Below, in pieces: positions 6,304 through 15,609 of a stretch of DNA of 64,000 nucleotides. A program made the translations under genes and the position numbers. This stretch comes from Anaerolineales bacterium (GTDB taxonomy: Bacteria > Chloroflexota > Anaerolineae > Anaerolineales > UBA11579): assembly GCA_035458505.1 (NCBI GenBank), contig DATHZS010000050.1, forward strand, positions 6,173 to 70,172. The letters run 5' to 3'. The notes beneath the pieces are model-generated. The model worked only from the letters and a program-made list of their open reading frames with translations. It had not been told where the DNA came from and searched no databases. The first letter of the stretch is position 1; the number at the start of each line of letters is the position of its first letter.

Positions 6304-9125
6304 GAGTTTTTTCTTTTCTTTAAATCAAGGTCATCGGATGGTTTAGATCTGGAGAGCCAGCGCCAGATGATCCCGGAGGCCCATCCGATCAGGCTGCCGC
6401 CAGCCACGCTCAAGACGATGCCCCAAATGTTAAATTCACCGACCAGGGTAGAGGCTCCGGGCAGGTTGAAAGAAATATAGGCATTCACAATCAGCCCACC
6501 AATCAGGGCAGACAAACCCCAGCGGACTCCCCATCGAACCTGTCCAGCCAGGGCACCAGATTGGTAGGCGAATAAACTGATAAACAGGATCACGAGCAGG
6601 GCCAACATCCAGTCGATAAGATTGTTCACCACACGGGGTTCTTCGGGGGGGGGTGTTGGCGCGGGGATGATTTCGGTTGGGGTAATCGTGGCCGGTGCGA
6701 TCGTCTCTACGGGTGTGGATTCAGGGATTGTCGCGCCGGAGATATTGATCTGCACCTGGTTTGACATGGCCGCAGGCTGCCCGCTGGATGCCTGCACACT
6801 TAATGTGCCCGCCGTATCAAGGATAAAGTTGCTCTGGGCAATACCCTCTGAGGTCAGGCTGGTCAGTTCTCGCTGGGTGGATGTGCCTTCTGAGTTTGTG
6901 CTGATCAGGGTAAAGCGCACCAGGGTGTTATCCCGTACCGGGTGGCCGTTATAATCCAGGATCGGTCCGCTCTCCAAAACAACAATATCACCCCGGTTGA
7001 ATGGGGCAGATGTTGGGGTAGGTGTGCCCGGACCGACCTCGGCACTGCTGGTGCCCTCATGAGCAATTCGCAGCGGGATGGTTTGGGCTGAGTTTGGAGT
7101 GAGAGCTTGGTCAAGGATATACCCGACACTGTTCAGAGTGACTGGCGGGGCTCCAATTGCATTTAGTTCTTTGAACAGCAACCGGGCAGCTACTTCAATA
7201 AACTGGGGTTGCTTGCTATACAATCCAAAATATGCCGAGACAGTTGAAATCTCGGTGGCGTTCAAAAAATAGGGGGCATTGAGGCCAAATACAACGATCT
7301 TCTTATCCTGGAGAAGTTCGGGTGTTTCAGAAAGGAAGCGGCTGAACGCCAGGGAGCCGGGGCGATTGGAAGTCGGGTTTAGTTGTAGAAATACCAGCCA
7401 CTCTGCCCGCTGAATATTGGCGATCACCAGGCTTTCCGGGTCATTGCTCTGGCTGACAGCCTCATCGAGGTCCTCAAAAGTGTAGGAGGCCACATTACCG
7501 GGAACGATCAATCCATCCCCATTGGGACCATATAGTCGAATGATCACACTTTCCAAGGCATTTGGTGCGGGGGCTTTAATCTGAGCACAACTCGGGCATG
7601 GTTGGTAAGTTTGGGTATCGGTGAAGATGGTGATGAAATCTGTGGATGCGGGAGCATTAGGCAGCACATTGTTCAGGTTTTCAGGTGCCGGGCTGATGAG
7701 TGTGGCTCCCAGCCGGGCGACATCGAAGGTGGTTTCATTCGGCTCCCCGATGGCCTCGATCTGTTCTGAAGGGAGCAGGATATTCTCCTCGCTGAAAGAG
7801 TTGTTGTAGAGCTTATATTTCAGCATGAGGACCCGGAGCACAGCTGCATCGACCAATTGCGCAAACGAGACATCATCCCGATATTTTTGGGCAAAGAAGT
7901 TGAGGGTATTGACCATCGATGTATAGAGATCTGGGCTGTCTGGACCAACGAAGTTTCCGGTCAGGATCAGGTCGTTGCCAGCCAGGAGGGCATCCCTCGA
8001 GATAAATTTCGGATCGTATTTCTGTCCGATTTGTACGTAGTAACGCCGGATCGCCTGGGTTCCCAACTCATCGCTGACCACCAGGCCGCCGTTGGTATGC
8101 CACGTGCTGAGTTCTTGCAGGGAGAGCAGTTGCGACAGTGCCTGCGGATCGAGAGTGATCGGAGGGGTAATCGTGGAAATATTGCTCTGAAAGGCTTGGT
8201 ACCTCGCGTGGGTGAGCAGCAAACCATCGGTGATCGACAGAGGGTCGGCCCCCAGATCAGTGACCTTATAAAATGGAGGAAGTTCGGTCAGCAGAAGTTG
8301 ATCAAGCGTCTTCCTGATGGCCGGGATTTCATCGGAAAGTGGTTGATCGGCACCGACAAAGCCAGGGAAATTTTTGCTGATCACGGCCAGGCGGTTCCCA
8401 CTGCCCTGGTGCAGCCCATTAATAAACGCTGCTCCCATTTCTCCTACCCAGAATGCACTGCCTGAAAAACTATTCGTCCCCAGGTCTCCTGCCAGTTCAG
8501 GACGCGGGTTGACATGCACATTCAGTGAAGGTCCCAGGTAAAGATTGATCCCAACGGCACTTAGCTCCTGGGAAAGGAGTTCCCCGGTTTTCTGGGCCAG
8601 GTCGGTGTTCCAGGTTGCTCCGATTGCAAACTGGCTGGGTATGGCGCTCAATTGGTCCAGAATTTGGTTACCCGGATATCCATCTCCATCCTGTTTGATG
8701 GCGATGAGCAGCGGGATGACCGCCGGGCTAAATTGTTCCTGTGAGTCAGGGTTGATGGATGTTTGCCGCGAGTTATTGATCTCTGTCCGCTGAAGTTCCT
8801 GGATCAGCACCCAGAGATTGAGCAGGGCATTCTCATCCTGAGGGATATTATTGTTGCTGGCTTTGAGATTGACCCCGCCAATGTGGTAGCGGGAGATCAG
8901 GTCAATCAGTTCGGGATTTTCCTCGAGGTTGTTGCCTTCAAAATCAACTACAAACAACTGGCCAACGCGCTCTTCCGGAGTCAGGCGTGCAAGCAGTGCC
9001 CGGGCAAGTTCCTCTGTGCTCTGCACCTGTGAGTCTGGGGTTGCGTAGGATGTGCCAGTAGCAATCATCTCCACCATCACAAGCAGCATCAGCAAACCAC
9101 GTTTGATCAAATATCCCGGTTTCAT
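6300..9125 (-). CDS. Glycoside hydrolase family 3 N-terminal-domain protein with long C-terminal extension and multi-pass membrane anchor
   Basis: 941 aa. GH3-like blocks are LTPEERVGQLFVV, ISRYHIGGVNL, GINLYLGPSLNV, KNFPGF and GGLVVSDELG. The C-terminal ~90 aa has 3-4 hydrophobic helices. Confidence 0.75.
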   Translation of the reverse strand: MKPGYLIKRGLLMLLVMVEMIATGTSYATPDSQVQSTEELARALLARLTPEERVGQLFVVDFEGNNLEENPELIDLISRYHIGGVNLKASNNNIPQDENALLNLWVLIQELQRTEINNSRQTSINPDSQEQFSPAVIPLLIAIKQDGDGYPGNQILDQLSAIPSQFAIGATWNTDLAQKTGELLSQELSAVGINLYLGPSLNVHVNPRPELAGDLGTNSFSGSAFWVGEMGAAFINGLHQGSGNRLAVISKNFPGFVGADQPLSDEIPAIRKTLDQLLLTELPPFYKVTDLGADPLSITDGLLLTHARYQAFQSNISTITPPITLDPQALSQLLSLQELSTWHTNGGLVVSDELGTQAIRRYYVQIGQKYDPKFISRDALLAGNDLILTGNFVGPDSPDLYTSMVNTLNFFAQKYRDDVSFAQLVDAAVLRVLMLKYKLYNNSFSEENILLPSEQIEAIGEPNETTFDVARLGATLISPAPENLNNVLPNAPASTDFITIFTDTQTYQPCPSCAQIKAPAPNALESVIIRLYGPNGDGLIVPGNVASYTFEDLDEAVSQSNDPESLVIANIQRAEWLVFLQLNPTSNRPGSLAFSRFLSETPELLQDKKIVVFGLNAPYFLNATEISTVSAYFGLYSKQPQFIEVAARLLFKELNAIGAPPVTLNSVGYILDQALTPNSAQTIPLRIAHEGTSSAEVGPGTPTPTSAPFNRGDIVVLESGPILDYNGHPVRDNTLVRFTLISTNSEGTSTQRELTSLTSEGIAQSNFILDTAGTLSVQASSGQPAAMSNQVQINISGATIPESTPVETIAPATITPTEIIPAPTPPPEEPRVVNNLIDWMLALLVILFISLFAYQSGALAGQVRWGVRWGLSALIGGLIVNAYISFNLPGASTLVGEFNIWGIVLSVAGGSLIGWASGIIWRWLSRSKPSDDLDLKKRKNS

Positions 9126-9850
9126 AGGGTGTTTCGAACCTCAATAGCTTGCACAGGATCGTCAGTGATGATTCCCTGAAGTCCGAGATTGAACAATCGC
9201 TGCATTTCCTCCGGTTGGTTGACAGTATAGGTAATCACGGCCTGCCCTCTGAGCCTGGCGCGCTGTAAATATTTATGGGAAACAGAAGAATAATGCGGGT
9301 GCAGCGACCACGGTTTGATAAAAGTTGAGACCAATAGGCGCACAGCGGTACCAAAACCGTCTTCTAGCAGCAGCAGGCCGCATTTAGCCTGTGGGTCAGA
9401 ACGCCGGGTTCGAATGAGCAGCATCGGATCGAATGAGGAATAAATCACTTTACTGTTCAAATCCAATTCGTTCACCAATTGGGTTACTTTTTCCGGTAGA
9501 TAGGCGGCAGAACCTGAAAATCTTTTTAGCTCGATATTCAAAAACATCTGATCGCCGATCAATTCAAGAACATCCAAAAGGGTCGGAATGACTTCACCCT
9601 GACCTGCATCCAACCGGCGAAGTTCTTCCAGCGTCAATGCGTGGACTTTCCCCTGTCCATTGGTTGTCCGGGATACGTCATCATCGTGAATCACAACAAT
9701 CTGGTGGTCTGCGCTGAGATGGACATCCAGTTCAATCCCGTCTGCCCGTGAGGATAAGGCAGAACGGAAAGCTGCCATGGTGTTTTCAGGGGCGTAAGCG
9801 CTTGCGCCCCTGTGTGCGAAGATGGCTCGAAACAAGGTCTCTGGCTGCAT
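9122..9850 (-). CDS. Glycerophosphodiester phosphodiesterase family protein
   Basis: FAHRGASAYAPENTMAAF...GIELDVHLSADHQIVVIHDDDVSRTTNG is the GDPD signature. I chose the start at ATG 9850 (MQPETLF), 2 nt after the stop of the AAA gene. The listed ORF extends to 10006 and overlaps that gene. Confidence 0.85.
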   Translation of the reverse strand: MQPETLFRAIFAHRGASAYAPENTMAAFRSALSSRADGIELDVHLSADHQIVVIHDDDVSRTTNGQGKVHALTLEELRRLDAGQGEVIPTLLDVLELIGDQMFLNIELKRFSGSAAYLPEKVTQLVNELDLNSKVIYSSFDPMLLIRTRRSDPQAKCGLLLLEDGFGTAVRLLVSTFIKPWSLHPHYSSVSHKYLQRARLRGQAVITYTVNQPEEMQRLFNLGLQGIITDDPVQAIEVRNTL

Positions 9851-9852
9851 CT

Positions 9853-11163
9853 TTAGAGATCGACAAAATATGCCTCTGCCGCTCGATCCAACATATCTTT
9901 GCTCATGGCCGGTTCGATGTTCAAATAGCGGGAGATGTCGATGATCTGGTCGCAAATATCTCTGGGATGAGAGGCGCGCAGTTTTCGGTTTGGTTTGATA
10001 TACCATTCCTGCAGCAGGTAGGCCAGACCCTGGTCGCTGTACTGGACATGCTTGGTTTTGGCCACTTCTTTGAAGATTTCTCTGAATTCCTCGTAGTTTG
10101 GATCGCCAATCTCAATTTTGTGGCGCAAACGGCGCAAGAAAGCCTCATCGACCAGGTCTTTGGGAGGCAAATTGGTGGAAAAGATCACCAGAACGTCAAA
10201 GGGGATTTCGATCTTTCGTCCGGTGTGCAGGGTGAGGTAATCGATCCGATTTTCAAGCGGCACAATCCAGCGGTTGAGCAAATCCCGCGGGCGGACTTGC
10301 TGGCGGCCAAAGTCGTCAATCAGGAAAATGCCGCCATTGGCCTTCATCTGGAAGGCAGCTTCATAGTATTTATTGGTGTCATCGAACACGAAGTCCAGCC
10401 CGGCCATGGTTAATTCACCACCAACCACGATGAATGGGCGGCGGATGCGTACCCAACGCGGGTCTCTCCGGCTGCCGGATCGTAAAGACCCGGTTCCGGC
10501 ATCGGTGGTTTCATCATCGGAAGCCATCTGGTGATTCACCGAATCGTACAGCTTGACTACCTGTCCATCCACATACAGAGAGTACGGGATGTACATGGTG
10601 GTGGAGCCGCGCATATTGCCGATCGCCCGGGCAATGGTGGTTTTTCCATTGCCGGGAGGACCATACAGGAACATGGATGTCCCGGAGTTTACTGCGGGGC
10701 CAATCTGGTGAAATGTTTTTCTCGAGAGCACCAGCCCGGAAAGGGCCTGCCGCATCACACGCTGGGTGACGGTTGTCCGGCCGCGTGATTGCCTGAGGAT
10801 GGCCTGGTTATAGGTCTCGATCGGTACTGGGGCGGGGCCTGCGTATTGGCTGCGTTCCAGGGCTTCCCGTGCCCGTAAGATTCCCGCACCGGTGATTGCA
10901 TACTGGTACGCCCCCTGGCCTAGGCCACCCATCTGGGTGCGCACCTCAATGAACTTCTCGCGCTTCAGGTTTTCCAGAACCTGATCAACAATTCCGGTAA
11001 ACGGCAGGGCGATTCGTTCTGCAACCTGAAAACCGTTCAGATAACCACCAAAGTAGATGATTTTCAAAGCCAGGTCTTGTATCCAAAGCGTGGTCAGCCC
11101 CGAATCCTCAATGTTTGTCAGTGCAGGGGGGACAAAAGAGCTGTGTTCTGCGGGTCTTACCAT
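9853..11163 (-). CDS. AAA+ ATPase with N-terminal winged-helix-like domain, function unknown
   Basis: Walker A is LYGPPGNGKTT, Walker B is GGIFLIDDFG and sensor-1 is VIFSTN. The N-terminal ~110 aa looks like a wHTH. Confidence 0.8.
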   Translation of the reverse strand: MVRPAEHSSFVPPALTNIEDSGLTTLWIQDLALKIIYFGGYLNGFQVAERIALPFTGIVDQVLENLKREKFIEVRTQMGGLGQGAYQYAITGAGILRAREALERSQYAGPAPVPIETYNQAILRQSRGRTTVTQRVMRQALSGLVLSRKTFHQIGPAVNSGTSMFLYGPPGNGKTTIARAIGNMRGSTTMYIPYSLYVDGQVVKLYDSVNHQMASDDETTDAGTGSLRSGSRRDPRWVRIRRPFIVVGGELTMAGLDFVFDDTNKYYEAAFQMKANGGIFLIDDFGRQQVRPRDLLNRWIVPLENRIDYLTLHTGRKIEIPFDVLVIFSTNLPPKDLVDEAFLRRLRHKIEIGDPNYEEFREIFKEVAKTKHVQYSDQGLAYLLQEWYIKPNRKLRASHPRDICDQIIDISRYLNIEPAMSKDMLDRAAEAYFVDL

Positions 11164-11314
11164 GGTTGATTTCCTCCAGGCGTGGGTGTCCTGAGACTAG
11201 TTTTAACTCAACAGTACAATTATAGCATGCAGCCGAGGATCAACCACTTGAAAGGGAGGTAAATTTTTTATCTAAAACCGGTGAATACGCCCTGGTACGG
11301 TATAATTTTTACTT

Positions 11315-12004
11315 ATGGAATTTAAGCTCTCTGTGATTATGCCTGTTTACAATGAGCAGGATACCGTCCGTGAGATTGTCAGACGTGTGCGGGAGATGGA
11401 TCAGGTCTACGAACTGGTCATCGTGGATGATGGCTCTCACGATGGAACTCAGGCAATCTTGCAGGATTTATCCACTCTGCCTGGGGTGCGAGTGATCACC
11501 CATGGTCATAATCAAGGCAAAGGGGCGGCTGTGGTAACCGGGTTCAAAGCTGCCCGTGGAAATGTGTTCGTGGTTCAGGATGCTGACCTGGAGTATGATC
11601 CCCAGGATTACGGCAAGCTGCTGCAGCCTCTGAAAGAAGGGCAATGCGATGTCGTTTATGGTACCCGGTTTGCCACCTCAAAGATTCAGAAGGCGTTTTT
11701 CCTCAGTTATTTTGCCAATAAGTTTCTTACCTGGGTGACGAATGTGTTATACCGGTCAAAGCTGACTGATATGGAAACCTGCTACAAGGTGTTTCGCCGG
11801 GAGCTCGTGGAGAACATGACCATCCGGGCCCGCCGGTTTGAATTTGAGCCGGAATTCACGGCAAAACTTTTGAAACAAGGTGTGAAGGTGGTAGAAGTGC
11901 CGATCTCGTTTGATCCACGCGGTTATTCAGGGGGAAAAAAGATCACTGCATGGGATGGTGTAGTAGCCCTCTGGACTTTGATCAAATATCGATTTGTGGA
12001 TTGA
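11315..12004 (+). CDS. Family 2 glycosyltransferase (polyprenyl-phosphate sugar synthase-like)
   Basis: LSVIMPVYNEQDTV...LVIVDDGSHDGT...QDADLEYDP are GT2 DxD/ED-type motifs. Confidence 0.85.
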   Translation: MEFKLSVIMPVYNEQDTVREIVRRVREMDQVYELVIVDDGSHDGTQAILQDLSTLPGVRVITHGHNQGKGAAVVTGFKAARGNVFVVQDADLEYDPQDYGKLLQPLKEGQCDVVYGTRFATSKIQKAFFLSYFANKFLTWVTNVLYRSKLTDMETCYKVFRRELVENMTIRARRFEFEPEFTAKLLKQGVKVVEVPISFDPRGYSGGKKITAWDGVVALWTLIKYRFVD

Positions 12005-12040
12005 CCTGGCAGAAAGTTTGTTGTCTCTTCGGAGGAAGCG

Positions 12041-12856
12041 TTATCCCCTGTTATTTTCCATCCACCACACCGCATAGTCTACCAATTCTTTTTGCGGCAT
12101 CAGCCTGGCTTCTGCCATGGCGACCTGACCAAATGTTTCAAGCCCGGTATCGTTGGAAAAGGCTTTCCCAATTTGGGGAAAATCATCAGAATCCAGATTA
12201 AGGTTCGAAAACTCTACCCACTGCCGGCGCCCGTTGACCATCATCGGTGCACCATTTGTGAAATATTTTTTTGTCGTAAGATTGGCTCGGTATTCAGCCA
12301 GGTGGAGCGAGGTGTTGTTGGCATGCCCCACTCCGAGCAGCAGCACCCAGCCTTCCTGCTCGTAGATGCGTGCCAGTGGTGAGCCTTCTCCGAGGCCGTT
12401 TTCAAGGGTGTGTTCATCAACGATGGCCTTCGCTTCTGCCCCCCAGGCCGCGAAAGACAACTGCGGATGGTCGCTGCGGGTCACCCTGTCCTGCTTGCGG
12501 AAAGTCTCTGGGAGGATGCCCATCTTCCAGGTCAGGGTCAGTGCGGGGTCGTAGGCCGGCATGCTGCCGCGGATCGTCTCCCACCAGCTCTCCGGGACGG
12601 GCGGGTTTTGCCATTGTCCCGGGTCAGAAAGATCTCCAGAGTGGGTTGGCATGACTAAGGTCCCCTCCAGTCCAAGCAGTTCTTCAAGTGCCAGGATCAC
12701 GGCCACAGGCCCTCCGCTGATCCAACCCAGGGAATTGAAGGATGAATGAACCAGCAGCACCATGCCCGGCTGGATGCCTAATCCGGTCAGATCCTTTTTC
12801 AGGCTGTCTACTGTAGCTGGGCTGGGTGTGGAGTCAATCTTGCTGTTCCCGGTCAT
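12041..12856 (-). CDS. Aminoglycoside N(3)-acetyltransferase family protein (AAC(3)/YokD-like)
   Basis: 271 aa. LLVHSSFNSLGWISGGPVAVILALEELLG..GTLVMPTHSGDLSDP and LLLGVGHANNTSLHLAEY resemble the AAC(3) fold family as I recall it. Confidence 0.8.
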   Translation of the reverse strand: MTGNSKIDSTPSPATVDSLKKDLTGLGIQPGMVLLVHSSFNSLGWISGGPVAVILALEELLGLEGTLVMPTHSGDLSDPGQWQNPPVPESWWETIRGSMPAYDPALTLTWKMGILPETFRKQDRVTRSDHPQLSFAAWGAEAKAIVDEHTLENGLGEGSPLARIYEQEGWVLLLGVGHANNTSLHLAEYRANLTTKKYFTNGAPMMVNGRRQWVEFSNLNLDSDDFPQIGKAFSNDTGLETFGQVAMAEARLMPQKELVDYAVWWMENNRG

Positions 12857-12861
12857 CTGGG

Positions 12862-14553
12862 TTACCAGGCAAATTTCAGGTCTTTAATGTTGAGCTGCAG
12901 TGTCTGGCGGCCGTTGAAATCGTTGAGCTCAAAGGCATACATGATATCGATCATTCCCGGAATTTCAGAGACCAGGTGACCGAACCGAAACGCGATCGCA
13001 TCAAAGGTGATCTTTCCATCAGAGAGGATCAGCTTGAGATGGCTGCTATCCTTGCCTACTGCTCTCGCACCACGAACGGAAACCTTTCTGCTGATAAACA
13101 CCGGGTCTGGATTTTGTTGACCGGTTGGCTGCAGCCAGTTTAATTCTTTGATCAACACTGGTCTCAGCTCCACCAGTTCCACTTCGGCATCAGCCTTCAA
13201 GGATGGTTGCAGGTCCTGGTCGGTCAGCTCTTCTGAAGCCAATTCCTGCAGCCGGATGGTGAGCTCGGCGAGATTTTTATTCGGGACGGTAAAGCCGGCC
13301 GCCGCCGCATGACCTCCGAACTGGGTCAGCAAATCTGAGCATTTTTCCAATGCGTGGGTGATGTGAAATTCCGGGATGCTGCGGCAAGAGGCACGGGTGA
13401 ATTCTTCATTTCTAAATCCGACTACGGCTGGCCGGTAATATTGGTCTACCAGCCTCGAGGCGGCCAGGCCAACCACTCCGGGGTTGAACTCTGGATGATG
13501 GGCAAATAGGAGCATGCTGTTTGGATCATGTGCTCCTGAGATCGATTCTGCCAGATCCTGGATTTCCTGGGTGATCCGCTGTCGTTCCCGGTTTCGATTG
13601 TCCAGTACCTGGGCATACTGACCAGCTTCAAAAATATCCTGGGTGGTGAGCAATCTGAGGGCATCTTGTGCATCGCCGATCCGTCCGGCAGCATTGATGC
13701 GCGGCCCAATCCTGAATCCGATATCACTGGCACTGATCTTGGCTGCTGTGATTCCGCTTACCCCCATCAGCGAAGCCAATCCCTGCCGTTGAGGTGTTTT
13801 TAGATACTCCAGGCCTTTGCGGACCAACATCCGGTTTTCCCCGACCAGAGGGACAAGGTCAGCCACCGTTCCAATCGCCACAAGGTCTAACAGGTCATCT
13901 GCAGTCAGCTCTTCCGGCTGAAACGCCTCAATTAAGGCTTTTGCCAGCTTATAGGCTACGCCCACACCGGCCAGTACCTTTTCCGGGTAGGGGTCATCGG
14001 GCTGCTTGGGGTTGATCAGGGCGGCTGTGCGCGGCAGGTGAGTGCCGGTGGTATGGTGGTCGGTCACAATCAGCTCTAATCCGATCTCGTAGGCATGTTC
14101 TGCGTCTTCCACAGCCCGGATGCCGCAGTCAACTGTGATCACCAGGTCCACCCCGTCTTTCTTTAATTTGTCGAGGGCATTTGTGTTCAGGCCGTACCCT
14201 TCGGTAAAACGGTTGGGGATATAGGCACGTACATCTGCTTTTAGCGCGCGCATGGTTTGCAGCATGAGGGCTGTAGCGGTTACGCCATCTGCATCATAAT
14301 CTCCGTAGATCGCAATCCGCTCGTGGTTATGCAGGGCTTGCCCGATTCTTTCCACTGCTTTGCGTGTACCCATAAGTTCCATAGTCTCATGGTCTGGAGG
14401 AGAGGCATTCAGGAAAAAATTTGCTTCCTGGGAATTTTTAATATTTCGGTTATAGAGTACTTGCTGGAAGATGGGAGAAAACTCTGTCAGGTTTTTGGCA
14501 ACATCTTCAGGGATTGGTTCACTGATATCCCATTTTGTGTCTTGAATTATCAT
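12862..14553 (-). CDS. recJ: Single-stranded-DNA-specific exonuclease RecJ
   Basis: 563 aa. DHH motifs are IAIYGDYDADGVTA, VITVDCG and IVTDHH. The DHHA1 motif is GGHAAAAG. Confidence 0.9.
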   Translation of the reverse strand: MIIQDTKWDISEPIPEDVAKNLTEFSPIFQQVLYNRNIKNSQEANFFLNASPPDHETMELMGTRKAVERIGQALHNHERIAIYGDYDADGVTATALMLQTMRALKADVRAYIPNRFTEGYGLNTNALDKLKKDGVDLVITVDCGIRAVEDAEHAYEIGLELIVTDHHTTGTHLPRTAALINPKQPDDPYPEKVLAGVGVAYKLAKALIEAFQPEELTADDLLDLVAIGTVADLVPLVGENRMLVRKGLEYLKTPQRQGLASLMGVSGITAAKISASDIGFRIGPRINAAGRIGDAQDALRLLTTQDIFEAGQYAQVLDNRNRERQRITQEIQDLAESISGAHDPNSMLLFAHHPEFNPGVVGLAASRLVDQYYRPAVVGFRNEEFTRASCRSIPEFHITHALEKCSDLLTQFGGHAAAAGFTVPNKNLAELTIRLQELASEELTDQDLQPSLKADAEVELVELRPVLIKELNWLQPTGQQNPDPVFISRKVSVRGARAVGKDSSHLKLILSDGKITFDAIAFRFGHLVSEIPGMIDIMYAFELNDFNGRQTLQLNIKDLKFAW

Positions 14554-14717
14554 GTGCGTGTTTGTTCCTGTGTATTAAAGTCGGTTATTAGTATAACCGA
14601 TGTTGGTGGATGAGGGTATCGGGTTTCATCTGGTTGAAGAAACGGGGGATTTCTTGGATGGTTTTATCTGCTGCAAAGTTGACGCCCCGACCGATTTATA
14701 AAAAAATTCTTAAAATT

Positions 14718-14747
14718 TTGATTGCGCATAGATATATGTGTTATAAT
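14718..14747 (+). promoter_or_regulatory. Strong-looking extended -10 promoter inside the 550-bp AT-rich recJ/rpsU intergenic region
   Basis: TTGATT (14718-14723), 18-nt spacer, TGtTATAAT (14739-14747). Confidence 0.4.
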
Positions 14748-15109
14748 GTATATATAAATGGGTCTTGGAAGTATCTTCCAGCAAAAGAAATGGTTTATCG
14801 ACACTCCGTTTGGATGATTTTTCCCTAGAAAAATTGACGGTACTGCGCACAGTTCGCAATGCAGAAAACCCAATTTTTGAAAAGGTTGTGTACCAACGAT
14901 TGGGGTGATTTAGGGAGATGAACCGATAATCAAGATAGTACAACAACTTGATTGGCGCCGGTTTGTTGAAGAGACAATCACGACGTTGGTAATTAGCTGG
15001 GTCGTCCAAGCGATTTTCAGTCATTTTTGTGTTCCTATTGGACGAAGTGTTCCAGCCCTGCAAGACAGTCGAAAAGATGATGATCACACTTTATAAGGAG
15101 GTGTTGTTT

Positions 15110-15322
15110 TTGGTAAAGGTAACAAGAAGGAATAACGAGAGCAATATGCAACTCGCCCGCCGCTTTCGCAAGGTTGTATCCCAGAGTGGGAAATTGAGTG
15201 CCCTGCGAAAGAAACGTTGGTTTATCTCTAACAGCGAAGAACGACGTATTGCGAAAAAGAAAGCTATTCGTCGCCAGAACCGGAAAACGGCCAAGAATAC
15301 CCGGAAACGCAGAAGATTTTAA
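15110..15322 (+). CDS. rpsU: 30S ribosomal protein S21
   Basis: VKVTRRNNESNMQLARRFRKVVSQSGKLSALRKKRWFISNSEERRIAKKKAIRR fits the S21 pattern. I chose the TTG start at 15110, downstream of AAGGAGGTG (15095-15103). The listed ORF starts at 15029. Confidence 0.8.
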   Translation: MVKVTRRNNESNMQLARRFRKVVSQSGKLSALRKKRWFISNSEERRIAKKKAIRRQNRKTAKNTRKRRRF

Positions 15323-15349
15323 AAAAATTACCCACAGGAAAGGAGTTTC

Positions 15350-15598
15350 ATGCCCGAGAAAGAATCGAAAATAAAGGTTGAGGGAACTGTGGTTGAAGTG
15401 CTGCCCGGTACTCAGTTCACCGTGGAACTGGATAATGGACATCAGGTTTTGGCGTATCCTTCAGGAAAAATGAGGAAATATTATATCCGTCTTTTATTAG
15501 GCGACCGGGTTGTCATGGAAATTTCTCCATATGATCTTTCCCGAGGTCGGATCACCTACCGTTATTGGAAGCAGAGAAATAAACCGCAGAACGCATAA
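15350..15598 (+). CDS. infA: Translation initiation factor IF-1
   Basis: [64 protein letters not shown] is canonical IF-1. Confidence 0.9.
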   Translation: MPEKESKIKVEGTVVEVLPGTQFTVELDNGHQVLAYPSGKMRKYYIRLLLGDRVVMEISPYDLSRGRITYRYWKQRNKPQNA

Positions 15599-15609
15599 GA
15601 GGAGATGAA

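Noticed and set aside
14600-14820. The AT-rich recJ/rpsU gap as oriC (DnaA-box-like 9-mers GGTGGATGA 14605, TTATCGACA 14794, TTTGGATGA 14808)
   Set aside because: There is only one 1-mismatch and two 2-mismatch boxes. By a rough estimate, one to two such matches are expected by chance in 550 bp on two strands. There is no perfect TTATCCACA and no adjacent dnaA/dnaN.
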